Positions 34,747-48,732 of a DNA stretch of 64,000 nucleotides are shown one piece after another. Under the pieces are notes generated by a model. It did no database searches, was not told where the DNA came from, and saw only the letters and a list, made by a program, of their open reading frames with translations. The position numbers and the translations under genes are program-made. The first letter of the stretch is position 1, and every line of letters starts with the position of its first letter. The DNA is from Lingula anatina. Lineage: Eukaryota > Animalia > Brachiopoda. The stretch is taken from NCBI GenBank assembly GCA_051362555.1, contig CM120646.1, positions 9,362,001 through 9,426,000 on the forward strand, in the 5' to 3' direction.

Positions 34747-35584
34747 AAAGCGTTGCGATTGGTCCAGGTCATTTAAGTAAGATGATTGCATAACCGGTAT
34801 TGTCGTCAATCTGCGGCAATAGTGTAAAATTTATTCTTTAATTGTCAGGTTGGTGGCGGTGTCAATATATTGGTGCAGATAAATGGTGTAAGCGTGGCCA
34901 ATTGGTTCAAAATCTAGGACGGGGCTGACCTTTACAAATCAATGGGAATTAGAGTTTCTAGCATTAATGGGGTGGGGCATTTCTGTTTGTAAACCCGACT
35001 GTTTGTTTATCTCAACTCTCCTCAAGAAGGAGTCCGAGTCTGCGCAGATGCGTTTCCGGTGCATTTCCAATTCCCAGACGACACGAAGATTCTGGCTTTA
35101 ATGGTAAGCAGCATATACGTGTTTATTATTTGCGAAAGATTTTTGTAAGTCTACTGCTCAGCTTATTTGCCTGATTGTGCGATTGTGTGTGAGTTCGTGG
35201 TCGTCCGGTGATAGAGGCCACAATTTAAGAGATTTTCGCGTCAAAAATTTTCAATTTGTAGATATAGATATTTGGGTACTTTTGTAATGGGCTGGATTAA
35301 ACGTGATTAAAACTAATAAAAAGTCCACAGGTAATTACAAAAGCATTTTATTTCAACAGCTTTGACATAGATGAACAAGAAAATGTAAAAAACTGTTTGA
35401 AAAGTGAAAGTTACAGGGTGGGGGGGTATACTACAAAACTACCGATAATTGTTAGAATGAACTGATTTTCTTCATTATCTTGTTTAGTGTTTTTCCGTTA
35501 CAAAATTCCTGAAGATTTGAAAATTATTTAAGTTTGTGATGGAGGTTGCGTGAATGACTCAAAAACGGTGATAGTTGACCACAT
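34747..35584 (+). pseudogene. Inverted duplicate of the UGGT promoter, exon 1 and start of intron 1 (start codon ATG>ACG)
   Basis: Reverse-complement copy of 17596-18259, roughly 90-96% identical by eye. The exon-1 copy at 35083-35103 reads ACG AAG ATT CTG GCT TTA ATG|gtaagc. I found no downstream UGGT exons. Confidence 0.88.
35275..35443. mobile_element. Internally deleted copy of the same MITE family
   Basis: ggtacttttgta ... tatactacaaaactacc; TSD gatatttg/gataattg. The corresponding site in the left arm (~17725) is empty. Confidence 0.8.
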
Positions 35585-36314
35585 CAGACATGCTGAAAAC
35601 TTTTCAGAATGGTCGGACATTTGGATCGGCAGTAATGAAAAATTTGCTAGACCAAATGGATATTTGTTGGACCAAAAAACACCCTATTCGTTTGAGACAG
35701 ATACTGTCAGTAAGATTGGGAAGCTTACTTTGTTTGTGAATGTGATAGGTTTAAAATGGAGGGGAAAACGCTTTGGGTTTTATATAATTTATGTCGAATG
35801 ATGACTGTAAATTCAAAATTGTGGTTCTTAAAACACTTATCGGTCCTTTGTACCGACCAAGTCCAATTTTTTACCGGTCTGGACAAAAAACAAGTCGTTT
35901 CTCAAACTTTTGATATCATGAAACAGCATTTATCCAAAAACTGATAATTAGAGTTTTGGATCTACTTGGCTATTATTGATCATAACAAACATACATGTAC
36001 AGTTAACAGAGTACTACTAGTATGTGCAGACATGCTGAAACTGTTGGTCCGACATACCCTGAGCGTCAGAGCAACGTAAAAGCTAGCTTGCGAAATATAC
36101 CTTGTGGCGGAGTCGCTTTTACTAACTCTGAAGACCAGCGGCCATGAAAGTTTTCCATCAATCAAATAGAATTGCTCCGCAGTGAAAATGCAGTTGAATG
36201 TCATCAGACCAAAATAGCTACAGCTACACTGTATGCCCGATACCACTATAAGGGCTGCGCAATGGCTACACGAAAATAAGTTTTTACAGCAGAATGTTGC
36301 TTGTATTGTGGCAC
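35585..36314. mobile_element. Rearranged ends of a DNA transposon with cagacatgctgaaa termini and 5-bp TSD (atgtg)
   Basis: The terminus cagacatgctgaaa occurs at 35585 (after cacat) and at 36027 (after atgtg). Between them lies host sequence (35891-36026) matching 16495-16560, 16941-16965 and 17564-17600. Confidence 0.6.
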
Positions 36315-39300
36315 TGATAGTCCGTGGGCCAAATACCGAAACCCTCCCCCCCTTAGTGATTTTCGTTCACTATTTTTTTCTGATAGCTTAGGTCCTTAGC
36401 TTTTATTTTCTGCTTGTTTGCCATTAAACTGGTGGTGGGTGTGTGTGCTACAGCCGTTGCCATGGTAACACACGGGTTAAAAATTGACATTTCTGAGCCC
36501 AACAAAATCTAAAATATTTCAAATACATAAACTAAATAGAATTCAAAATCGTTCTAGACATATAGTCTAAGATGTGCACTATACCTAACGATGAACAAAA
36601 TTTTCCAAGATGGCGGCAAATCCAAGATGGCGGCCAATTTTTGCTGTTTTTTAAGAAATTTTGATAATTTTTAATATTTTAATTCTTATTTAATTATTAA
36701 AGAATTGCAATATCTGAGATATTTTGATGCACCAGTGAAGCATGGAATCTCTACTTTCTGCCTGTGGTGTTTGTTCAAGGTGCAATCTTTTTATTGAGAT
36801 GAAAAATCCTGAAGTCCAACATGGCTGCCACAAAACAAGTCTTTTACATGTAGCTGTCCTGTCTGGAAATATGACAAATTTATCATCCCAAATTAAGTTC
36901 TTCATTACTTTTGGTGCACTGAATATAAAAACAGAACCCTTTTCAATTACTTGACTTAATTTGGATTACAGTATGGCTTTCAAAATTCAAAATGGCCGCC
37001 AATGACCGTGAATTTACATCTTTGTAACCAGTAGACTAAAATATGACAGCAATATTCCTAATTTTATCTTAAGTTTGGATGAATACTTATGTTTTAATAG
37101 TGCTGATCACTACTAGATGTGTGGTCATGTAAAATGATTTAAAAAAAGAAAGATCAAATGGTCAACAATAACCTAGACTAGATAAAAGACCTATAATACC
37201 CCCCCATAAATGCAAGTCACTCACATTTGACCTAAGAAATCACACAAAGTTTCATGTACATGCTAATCACTCACATTTGACATGGGAAAGAATACTTTTG
37301 AGTTGAAATACTAATGTATTCTGTCGCATTTGAAAGAAATGGCTGTCAATGAGTATAGGGGACTATATATTGATGGTCAATATCATACACTCTTGCAAAA
37401 AAATTGATAGAAAATTATATTCCAAAAGAATGTTACTTAGATTGATTTAATTAACCTGAACCCCCCTTTAGCGACTTTTATTTACTATTATATATCGCTT
37501 ACATCCTAAGATCCCATGTTCTGCTTGTTTTCTATTCATTTAACCCAGCCATTGCCATACTAACACAGGGGTTCCAAATTGACATTTCTGAGACTAAGAA
37601 AATTTAATACATTTCAAATATATGAACTTCAACAATAATGTAAACTTTAGAAGACATCTGTATTCGTGGTATGATGGCAAAACATTCTTTGAACGTCCAA
37701 GATGATGTGATTTTTTTCAAGATGGCAGCAATATCAAAATTGCGGTCGGTTTAAGCTGATTTCTAAACCTGTTTCTACTGTAAGTAACTAACGTTGAAAA
37801 TTTAATAATTTAATGGGATCGAGAAATGTTAAGTATTTGATATCCATATGGTATTTAGTCTTTACTTACGGCTTATAGTGTTTGTTATTTCTACACTGTA
37901 TAATTTTCAAAAAAAAAAAAAAATTGAAATCCAAAATGACCCCAACAAATCCTGGGTGATTTACTTCGGTAGGCCCCTATATATTGCTGTCCTATTAAAC
38001 TTCTAATATTGTATATTGTTCTCCGAAATTGCCTTCTTTCTATCTGTATTTATTCTTTTATTCTTTTGTATTTGTTGTTACCTTTTGATGTATTGAATTT
38101 GAATAATATGAAGCCAAGATCGTGAACATTTGTAATAACTCAATATGGTCTACAAGTATTTAAATTATCGTGCGGTAGATGGCTGAAATTATTTGATCAT
38201 CTCTTACCATCTATTGGGCAAGTTGAATGACACAAAATAGTCTGATTTTGAGTAAAAGGCAACTAGTTTGCAAATATAGATGGCGATTTTGCATTTCTAT
38301 ACAATTATATTTTAAGTAAAATGCTATGAAAAATTAAATTATATATTCAGTTGAAATAAGTGGATATATTGATTTTTCCAAAACGTGGATATAATTTTAC
38401 CTCTTTAGCAGTTTGAAGCTGAGTTAGGGCATATACCGGTACATGTAAATGTTTTATTCCATTTATTCATATAGATGAACACCATCTTAGATTGTAACAA
38501 AAACTCAGTTTCAGAGGTAACAGCAAATTTTAATTGGCTTTCCAGTGAACATTCTTCATTAAAAAAGACTACAGCCAAGACATTTCATCCATTTCCAAAA
38601 AGCCTAAATCCTAAATATTTAACTAAATATGGACAAGTGTTTCCGTGAAAGCAGTGTAGAAAGGGCATATTTGATTATAATTAGCTGCACAAATTTTAGA
38701 ATTATTTGTTTGTTGCACTGTTTAATATTATTGCAACAAAATTCATACCTGCACTGTCATGGCCATTTGTGGCCATGGTGAATTTTGGAATAGCCAAGTA
38801 AATATAATTTGGCTGAAAATGAATAGAAATGATTTATATTTAGATAATATCCTGATAGGTTAATTTAGTTTATCAGAAAGAGCAAAAGAGGCATTTTGAA
38901 ACGAAAATGTAATATGTATTCGGTCAGCTCAGCAATATGTATAAACCCTGTTTTGTGATGGCCACCATGGGTTTCAGGTTTTAATACACTTAAAAAAGAG
39001 GATGTAGGAGTAACAATCACTGAAAACAGTAATTATGCAATTCTGTTCATATCAGCATATCCAAAAACCTAACATTTTTCAATTCCAATGCTGCTTTCAA
39101 AGTTTACAAAAAGCTACTTTCAGTAATAAGAAGAAAATTTACATAAATCTATCGTCATCTTGCATTGGCTGCCATTTTGGCAATTTAACTATGATAATTT
39201 TTTCAAATAATTGTATTGATAACTGAGGTCCAAGTCTAATTTTTAAAAAAAAGTTTACAATACAGCGAGTTCATATATTTGAAATACATGTCAATTTAAA

Positions 39301-39470
39301 GGTCTCAGAAATTATAATTTAAAAACCCCTGTGTTACTATGGCAACAGCTGAATCTGTCACACCTTTCACCTATTACATGGCAAACAAGCAGAAAATTTG
39401 AACTTAGGGCCCAAGCTATCAGAAAATCACAGTAAATAAAAATTGCTAATAGGGCTGAGCTAGCTTGAGT

Positions 39471-42400
39471 TTATTGTACCACCAGCGTAGGCGCTGGCGG
39501 TACACATGGTTTTAGTCCCGACCCGTATGTTCCGCCGGCTCCTGCGGCTCCGCCGGCTCCGCCGGCTCCTGCGGCTCTGCCGCCAAGTCACCGTTACCGC
39601 TTCTCCTCCTAGACGGTAATGGCCTCCATACCCATCTCTTGGATTTAGGTCACCTATAATCTCAACTCGTTCCACGTAAAATTTGGGCTTTGTCGGTATT
39701 GGGGTCTAGGTGTGGCACTCATTGCAATGCACCCTTGTCCAAAAATGGCAAAATTAAATGCTAATTATCTCCCCTACGGAAGGAATTATGGGAAAAATTT
39801 CTACAGACAGCTTTCCAAAAGTCATATGTGTAGATTTCAAATATGCCCTTGGATTTGACCTTTGACCTTTATTTCAAGGTCAAACGGGCCAAAATTTTCA
39901 AAAAAACAAAATTTTTGCTGAAAAAAAAATTATTTGCGGTCTTATTCAGACACCACACAGACTTAACTAATAATATTAATGGAAAGTGTTACCCTTCAGG
40001 TCATCTTTCATCTCCGTGAATTTGGGGTCAATCGGTGCATTTTCACGGAATTAGCGGCCATAAGATATCGAAACTGAAAACTGTCTCTAAATCGGGAACC
40101 GTTAATGCCAGACACCCATTCTTTTTTGCATTTTGTAGAGCATGTAAAGCCCAACACTGGGGGTGGTCTCCGTTTTTTTGTATTCCATACGGTTTTCGAG
40201 TTACGCTGTATCAAAAAGTACATATTGGTGGTGAAAGCAAAATGTGCAGTACGGTAATGGATAATAAATTTTGAACTCCGGAAAAATAAAACATAAGGCT
40301 TGGCAAAGCAGACAACTTGTGGTCAAAAATGACATTATTTCATCAAATTTGAACATCTGGAACTTCAGAGCACCTCCCATTTCAAGAATTTTGACCAAAA
40401 TGACCTTTTCTTTATTTTAATTAATTTTTTCTGTAGGAAATTTATGGCACATTATGGTAACTCCAAAATTATAACATTTAGTCCCTTATATCTCCAAAAC
40501 TGGCAGAGATAGGTCCATAGTTACTATTGAAGTTGAATAGGAAGACATATACTGGCAATCTAAATGTGACCTTAAAATTGACCTTTGACCTACTTTTCAC
40601 CATGAACTGAACTTTGCAAATTTTGCTTCCCTTTTATCTCCAAAACTGGCAGAGATAGGTCCATAGTCTCTATTGAAGTTGAATAGGAAGTCATATACTG
40701 GCAATCTACATGTGACCTTAAAGTTGACCTTTGACCTACTTTTCACCATGAACTGAACTTTGCAAAATTTGATTCCCTTTTATCTCCAAAACTGGCAGAG
40801 ATAGGTCCATAGTCTCTATTGAAGTTGAATAGGAAGACATATACTGGCAATCTAAAAGTGACCTTAAAATTGACCTTTGACCTACTTTTCACCATGAACT
40901 GAACTTTGCATATTTTGCTTCCCCTTTATCTCCAAAACTGGCAGAGATAGGTCCATAGTTACTATTGAACGTGAATAGGAAGTCATATACTGGCAATCTA
41001 AGTGTGACCTTGAAATTGACCTTTGACCTACTTATTATCATGAACTGAACTCTGCTAATTTCTTTCTCTTTTAACTCCAAACCTGGCAGAGATAGGCCCA
41101 TAGTTACTATTGAAGTTGAATAGGAAGTCATATACTGGCAATTTACTGTGACCTTGGAATTGACCTTTGACCTACCTTACGATGAACTTAACTTTGATTG
41201 TACCATTTTTAGTAATATATATATTTTTTGCATATTTTGAAAATTCTTGTTGATTGCATTTTTATGTACAGACACAGATGTGTCTGTACATATAGCCATC
41301 ATCTGCGTCTGTCGTCGCCGTCGCCGTCGTCGCTGTCGTCGCCGTCGTCGCCGTCGCTGTCGCCGTGCACTTTTACCGATAACACGATAAGTGGAAAACC
41401 ATTTTACCTTTTGACTTGAAACTTGCAGAACTGATGAATATTCATAAAACGCAGGTCAAGTTCGCAAATCAGCATGATCGGGTCACTTTTAGGTAATTTA
41501 TGCTGTTTTTTCACTTTTTTCAGCATATATGCAGCACCGATAACACGATAAGTGGAAAACCATTTTACCTTTTGACTTGAAACTTACAGAACTGATGAAT
41601 ATTCATAATACGCAGGTCAAGTTCGAAAATCAGCATGATCGGGTCACTTTTAGGGAATTTATGCTGTTTTTTCACTTTTTTCAGCATATATGCAGCACCG
41701 ATAACACGATAAGTGGAAAACCATTTTACCTTTTGACTTGAAACTTACAGAACTGATGAATATTCATAATACGCAGGTCAAGTTCAAAAATCAGCATGAT
41801 CGGGTCACTTTTAGGTAATTTATGCTGTTTTTATGTACAGACACAGATGTGTCTGTACATATAGCCATCATCTGCGTCTGTCGTCGCCGTCGCCGTCGTT
41901 GCCGTCGTCGCCATGCACTTTTACCGATAACACGATAAGTGGAAAACTGTTTTTTCTTTTTGTTTGAAACTTACAGAACTGATGAATATTCATAATACGC
42001 AGGTCGAGTTCGAAAATCAGCATGATCGGGTCACTTATAGGGAATTTATGCTGTTTTTTCACTTTTTTCAGCATATATGCAGCACCGATAACACGATAAG
42101 TGGAAAACCATTTTACCTTTTGGCTTGAAACTTACAGAACTGATGAATATACATAATACGCAGGTCAAGTTCGAAAATCAGCTTGATTGGGTCATTTTTA
42201 GTGAATTTAGGCTATTTTTTCTCTTTTTTCAGCATATATGCAACACCGATAACACCATAAATGGAAAACCATTTTACCTTTTGGCTTGAAACTTACAAAA
42301 CTGATGAATATTCAAAATACGCAGGTCAAGTTTGAAAATCGGCATGATCGGGCCATTTTTAGGGATGTTATGCTGTTTTTTCACTTCTTTCAACATATAT

Positions 42401-45400
42401 GCAATGCTTATAACACAATATAAGAAAAACAGATAGGCCAATTGTCATTATACTCACAGGAGTAGTCAAACTAACTAAAACGCAGGTTGAGTTCCAAAAT
42501 CAGCATAATCGGGCCATTCTTTTAGAAGTTATGCTGTTTTTTCATATTTCCTCAGATGCAATTGTTAGGCATATTAACAGTCTCATTATTGAACTAATAA
42601 GAAACGTAAAAGTGTTTGTTTGACATTTCCTGCATCTTAGTAACATTGTTAGTTGATTATGTAAAAATGATGGTAAACTTGTTATTGTGTATTATGTTAT
42701 AAAGTGTCAAAAATGGAAATAAACAAATATCATTGCAGTTTGTCAGATTCAATCATCTACTATATTCATTATCTCAGAATGGAGGAAATTGGACATTAAA
42801 CACTGTTCTATTGATATTTTTCCCATCTCATCAATTTTCTTAGTTGATCATATACAAATGGTAGAAAACTGTTTATTTTGTTTTATGTTAAAAAAGTGTT
42901 TTAAAAATGGAAGTAAACCCATTGCAGAACAGTGCTGTCTTGCTTCAGCATATATGCAGCACCGATAACACGATAATTGGAAAACCATTTTACCTTTTCC
43001 CTTGAAACTTACAAAACTGATGAATATTCATAATACGCAGGTCAAGTTCGAAAATCAGCATGATCGGGTCATTTTTAGGGAAGTTATGCTGTTTTTCACT
43101 TTTTTCACCATATATGCAACACTGATAACATGATAAGTGAAAAATCATTTTACCTTTTGGCTTGAAACTTGCAGAACTAATGAATATTCATATTACGTAG
43201 GTCAAGTTCGAAAATCAGCATGATCGGGTCATTTTTAGGGTAGTTATGCTGTTTTTTCACTTTTTTTTTGCATATATGCAGCACCGATAACACGATAAGT
43301 GGAAAACCATTTTACCTTTTGGTTTCAAACTTACAGAACTGATGAATATTCATAATACGCAGGTCAAGTTTGAAAATCAGTATGATTGGGTCATTTTTAG
43401 GGAAGTTATGCAGTTTTTCACTTTTTTCAACATATATGCAACACTGATAACATGATAAGTGGAAAACCATTTTACCTTTTGGTTTGAAACTTGCAGAACT
43501 AATGAATATTCATAATACGCAGGTCAAGTTTGAAAATCAGCATCATCGGGTCATTTTTAGGGAAGTAATGCTGTTTTTTCACTTTTTTCAGCATATATGC
43601 AACACCTTTGTGCTATATGATGGTACTGTATGGATGACAGTCTATAAAATTGTCCCTTGGGTGATCATTAATTAAATTAAGGTCTATAAAGTCACTTGCC
43701 TACTCATTAATTTTCAATTGGCCATTAAATGAGATTACATAAAACACTCCTTGAGATTTCCCTGTAAAGTCCCATAGGTTTAGCTCTCTTAACTGTGTCA
43801 CAAAATAAGGATTTGGTGATAATTGTGCAGATAAATGGTGTTTAACATTGCAAATAAATTTACAACAAAAAGAATGTGTTATGCCAACATGCTATAGATG
43901 AATAACAGTGCTTTATTTTTCTCAAACTTGGTGGGGTTATTAATATAAAGTTAATACAGCTAGATTAAAAGTTTGAATAGCAGCTTTATTGGAATTTTTT
44001 ACGTTTTATTAAAAATTTTTTTAAAATTATTTTTCAAACACAAGCATCTTCAAGATGTGATTTTATACTCCCATCCACCAGAAGTGCTGTGCATTTTCTG
44101 TATTTTTGTATATAATTGTTATTTCTTCAGATTTAATTCTTAGGCATGTTAACAGTCTCATTATGGAACTAATAAGATATGTAAAAGTGTTGTTTTGACA
44201 TTTTGTGCTTCTTAACAATATTGTTTGTTGATTATATAAAAATGACGGTAAACCTGTTATAATATTGTGCATTGTGTAATAAAGTATCATAAATGGAAAG
44301 GAACTCATCATTGCAGTTTGTCAGATTTAATCATTCACTATGTTCAGCATCTGCAAATGGAGCAAATTGGACATTGAAAATTGTTCTATTGCTATTTTTC
44401 CTATGTCAACAATTTTCCTAGTTGAACATTTAAAAATGACAGTTTATTGATCATTTTTTTTGAAAAAAGGTGTTGAAAATGGAAAGAAAATCATTTCAGT
44501 ACAGTTATCTCTTGTTTACATTTTGGCATTTTGAAAGTGTGACTCTGAACTTCCATGGCCTTGAAGACCTTCCCAAATCACATTTTTATGTACAGACACA
44601 GATGTGTCTGTACATATAGCCATCATCTGCGTCTGTCGTCGCCGTCGTCGCTGTCGCCGTCGTCGCCGTCGCCGTCGCCGTGCACTTTTACCGATAACAC
44701 GATAAGTGGAAAACCATTTTGCCTTTTGATTTGAAACTTGCAGAACTGATGAATATTCATAATACGCAGGTCAAGTTCGAAAATCAGCATGATCGGGTCA
44801 CTCTTAGGGAATTTATGCTGTTTTTTCACTTTTTTCAACATATATGCAGCACCGATAACACGATAAGTGGAAAACCATTTTACCTTTTGACTTGAAACTT
44901 ACAGAACTGATGAATATTCATAATATGCAGGTCAAGTTCGAAAATCAGCATGATTGGGCCATTTTTAGGGAATTTATGCTGTTTTTTCACTTTTTCAGCA
45001 TATATGCAGCACCGATAACACAGTAAGTGGAAAACCATTTTACCTTTTGGCTTGAAACTTACAGAACTGATGAAAATTCTTAATACGCAGGTCAAGTTCG
45101 AAAATCAGCATGATTGGGCCATTTTTAGGGCATTTATGCTCTTTTTTCACTTTTCAATATAAATGCAACACTGATAACACAATATAAGAAAAACGGATTG
45201 GCCAATTGGCATTATATTCACAGGAGTGGTCAATCTTACTAAAATGCAGGTTGAGTTCGAAAATCAGCATAATTGGGCCATTATTTTAGAAGTTATACTG
45301 TTTTTTCACATTTCCTCAGATTCAATTATTAGGCATGTTAACTGTCTCATTATTGAACTAATTAGATGCGTAAAAGTGTTTGTTTGATATTTCCTGCATC

Positions 45401-48400
45401 TTTACAACATTGTTAGTTGATTATGTAAAAAAACATGGTAAACTTGTTATCATGTATTGTGTGATAAAGTGTCAAAAATGGAAATAAACTCATATCATTG
45501 CAGTTTGTCAGATTCAATCATCCACTATGTTCAGAATCTCAGAATGGAGGAAATTGGACATTTAACACTGTTCTATCGATACTTTTCCCATCTCATCAAT
45601 TTTCTTAGTTGGTCATATAAAAATGGCAGTAAAATGTTTATTTTGTTTTATGTTAAAAAAGTGTTAAAATGGAAATAAACCCATTTCAGGACAGTGCTGT
45701 CTTGTTTACATTTTGGCATTTTCAAGATGTGACTTTGAAGTTCCATGGGCCTGAAGACCTTTGCTTGTCATGTTTTCTGAATGTCCATGTTACTAATATT
45801 TTATTCATAACATTTGATGGTTATTATGCTGTTAAACATTATGTAACGTTGCATCAAAATTTGAAGAAACCCCTATTTAGGGCACTGCTCCTATGATGAC
45901 CATTTAAGGGAAAACATGTCACTTGCTGTTCTCAAACTTACAAGAAAGAAACATGGGTCTAACATACAGCCTCAGTAGGCAATGCAGTCTGTTTGGTAAA
46001 TTTTTCTGGCAGTTAAACAGTTTTTTGTGAAAATTTAATTTTTCACTTATTGACATTTTCAAGGTGCGACTTAGAACCTCCACGGGCTTGAAGACCCTTG
46101 CTAGTCACATTTTCTGAAAATCCATGACACGTATATTTTATCATTTAAAATTGATGGTCATTAAGCATTATGTAATGTTGCATCAAAATAGAAGAAAACA
46201 CAATATTTGGTGCTGCTGCCATGATGACCATTATGGGAAAACGGTGTTACTTATTACTGTCAAACTTTCAAAAAAGAAACACAGGACTAAAATGCAGCCC
46301 GAGTTGGAAAAGCAGTCTAATTGGCTTCTTTTTCTGGAAGTTATACACTTAGTGAAATATTCATTATCTTTTTGGCATATTCATTGTGGGACTCAGAGCT
46401 CCCATGGACAAGAAGCCTAATGGTAATCAAATTTTCTACATGTCCATGCTATTTATAGTCAATAATCAAAAATTGGTGATAATTATTCTATAATTTATTA
46501 TGTAATGTTACATCAAAATTGACAGTAATCTTTTTGCACTGCTACTGCAAACATTATGAAAAGAAAACTGTGTTACTTATTATTATATTTAACTTATAAG
46601 TACGATTTTTAGGATTGGCATGCAGTTCAAATTAGAAAGCCAGGTCAATTGGGTCATCATTTTTATTAAATTTATGCATTTTTTGTGAAATTTTCATTTT
46701 TCTCATTCTGGCACTTCCTAATTGAAAACTTGAACTCTGATGGGCCTGGAGCCTTATGCTTTTACTTTCATCAGCGTTACCTGTTGTGCATAATTAAAAT
46801 TTTATGTTGACTGTGCAGTTAAACATAATGTATTATTGCATCAGAATTGGGCAGTCTCCTGTTTTTGTGCATTATTGTTTTCTGCTTTTCTTAAGGTGTG
46901 ACTTATGGGCCTGAAGACCTTTGATAGACAAATTTGTGTGGTCAGTCTGTTAATTCCCCTTGGGTATTCACAAGGCTAATTTCAGTGCTATAAACTCATT
47001 TACCTAATTAAGTAGCCATTAATTGAAATTTCATAAAGCACACTTGTTGATATTTCCCTGTTAAGCTCTCTGCTAGATAACATAGTGTCCATAATAAGGA
47101 AGCAGTGAATAACAGCTTCATTAGAATTATATTTTTGTTGTTTCTATTTAATTTTTTCTCCAACACTGGCATTTTTAAGATGTGATTTTTAACTCCCATC
47201 CACCTGAGGCTGTGCACATTTTCAGTATTTCCACATAAGCAGCTGTATTGGTATTTATGTCTTTAAACACTATGTAATATTATTTTATGCACTGTCATCA
47301 TTTTTCATATATAGGGACTTTCATCATGTGAATTTTAACTCTCATGGTCCTGACATTGTAATCTTATTGAAAGGGTGGATTAAGACCATTTTCTGGGTCT
47401 CCTGGAAGACAGTCAGATTTTAAAGTTAATATTTACGGGTTTCTGTTGGAAGACTATCAAAATGGAGGATGGATCAACAGAGATACTTTGGAATACTGTC
47501 AGAAAATATCTCTGAATCTGCTCCTGTTATTGACCATGTTACCTGTTGTGCATGATTAAAAATCAGTGTTGACTGACTGTGCTATTATAAGCATTTATTA
47601 TTGCATCAAAATTGACATAATGACCTATTTTGCATCTTTTTTTTCTGTTTTTTGTCTGTACATTTGACAGCTTTGCTGCCTTGTTTCACTTTTTTCAGCA
47701 TATATGCAGCACCGATAACACCATAAGTGGAAAACCATTTTACCTTTTGACTTGAAACTTACAGAACTGATGAATATTCATAATACGCAGGTCAAGTTTG
47801 AAAATCAGCATGATTGGGCTATTTTGAGGGAATTTATGCTGTTTTTTCACTATTTTCAATATAAATGCAACACTGATAACACAATATAAGAAAAACGGAT
47901 TGGCCAATTGTAATTATACTCACAGGAATGGTCAATCTTACTAAAACGCAGGTTGAGTTCGAAAATCAGCATAATCGGGCCATTATTTTAGAAGTTATAC
48001 TGTTTTTTTCACATTTCCTCAGATTCAATTCTTAAGCATGTTAACAGTCTCATTATTTAACTAATAAGATGCCTAAAAGTGTTTGTTTGATATTTCCTGC
48101 ATCTTTACAACATTGTTAGTTGATTATGTAAAAAACATGGTAAACTTGTTATCATGTATTGTGTAATAAAGTGTCAAAAATAGAAATAAACTCATATCAT
48201 TGCAGTTTGTCAGATTCAATCATCCACTATGTTCAGAATCTCAGAATGGAGGAAATTGGACATTTAACACTGTTCTATTGATACTTTTCCCATCTCATCA
48301 ATTTTCTTAGTTGGTCATATAAAAATGGCAGTAAAATGTTTATTTTGTTTTATGTTAAAAAAAGTGTTAAAAATGGAAATAAACCCATTTCAGAACAGTG

Positions 48401-48698
48401 CTGTCTTGTTTACATTTTGGCATTATCAAGGCGTGACTTTGAAGTTCCATGGGCCTGAAGACCTTTGCTAGTCACATTTTCTGAATATCTGTGATACAAA
48501 TATTTTATAATTAAAAATTGATGGTCATTAAGCTGTTAAACATTATGTAATATTGCATCAAAATTTGAAGAAACCCCTATTTTGGGCACTGCTTCCATGA
48601 TGACCATTTAAGGAAAATCATGTCACGTACTGTTCTCAAACTTACAGGAAAGAAACATGGGACTAAAATACAGCTTCAGTAGGCAATGCAGTCTGTTT

Positions 48699-48732
<34 letters not shown>

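Noticed and set aside
17596-35584. Sequencing fold-back chimera
   Set aside because: The arms differ by many substitutions, private MITE insertions with TSDs, array lengths and satellite variants, which a read artefact would not produce.
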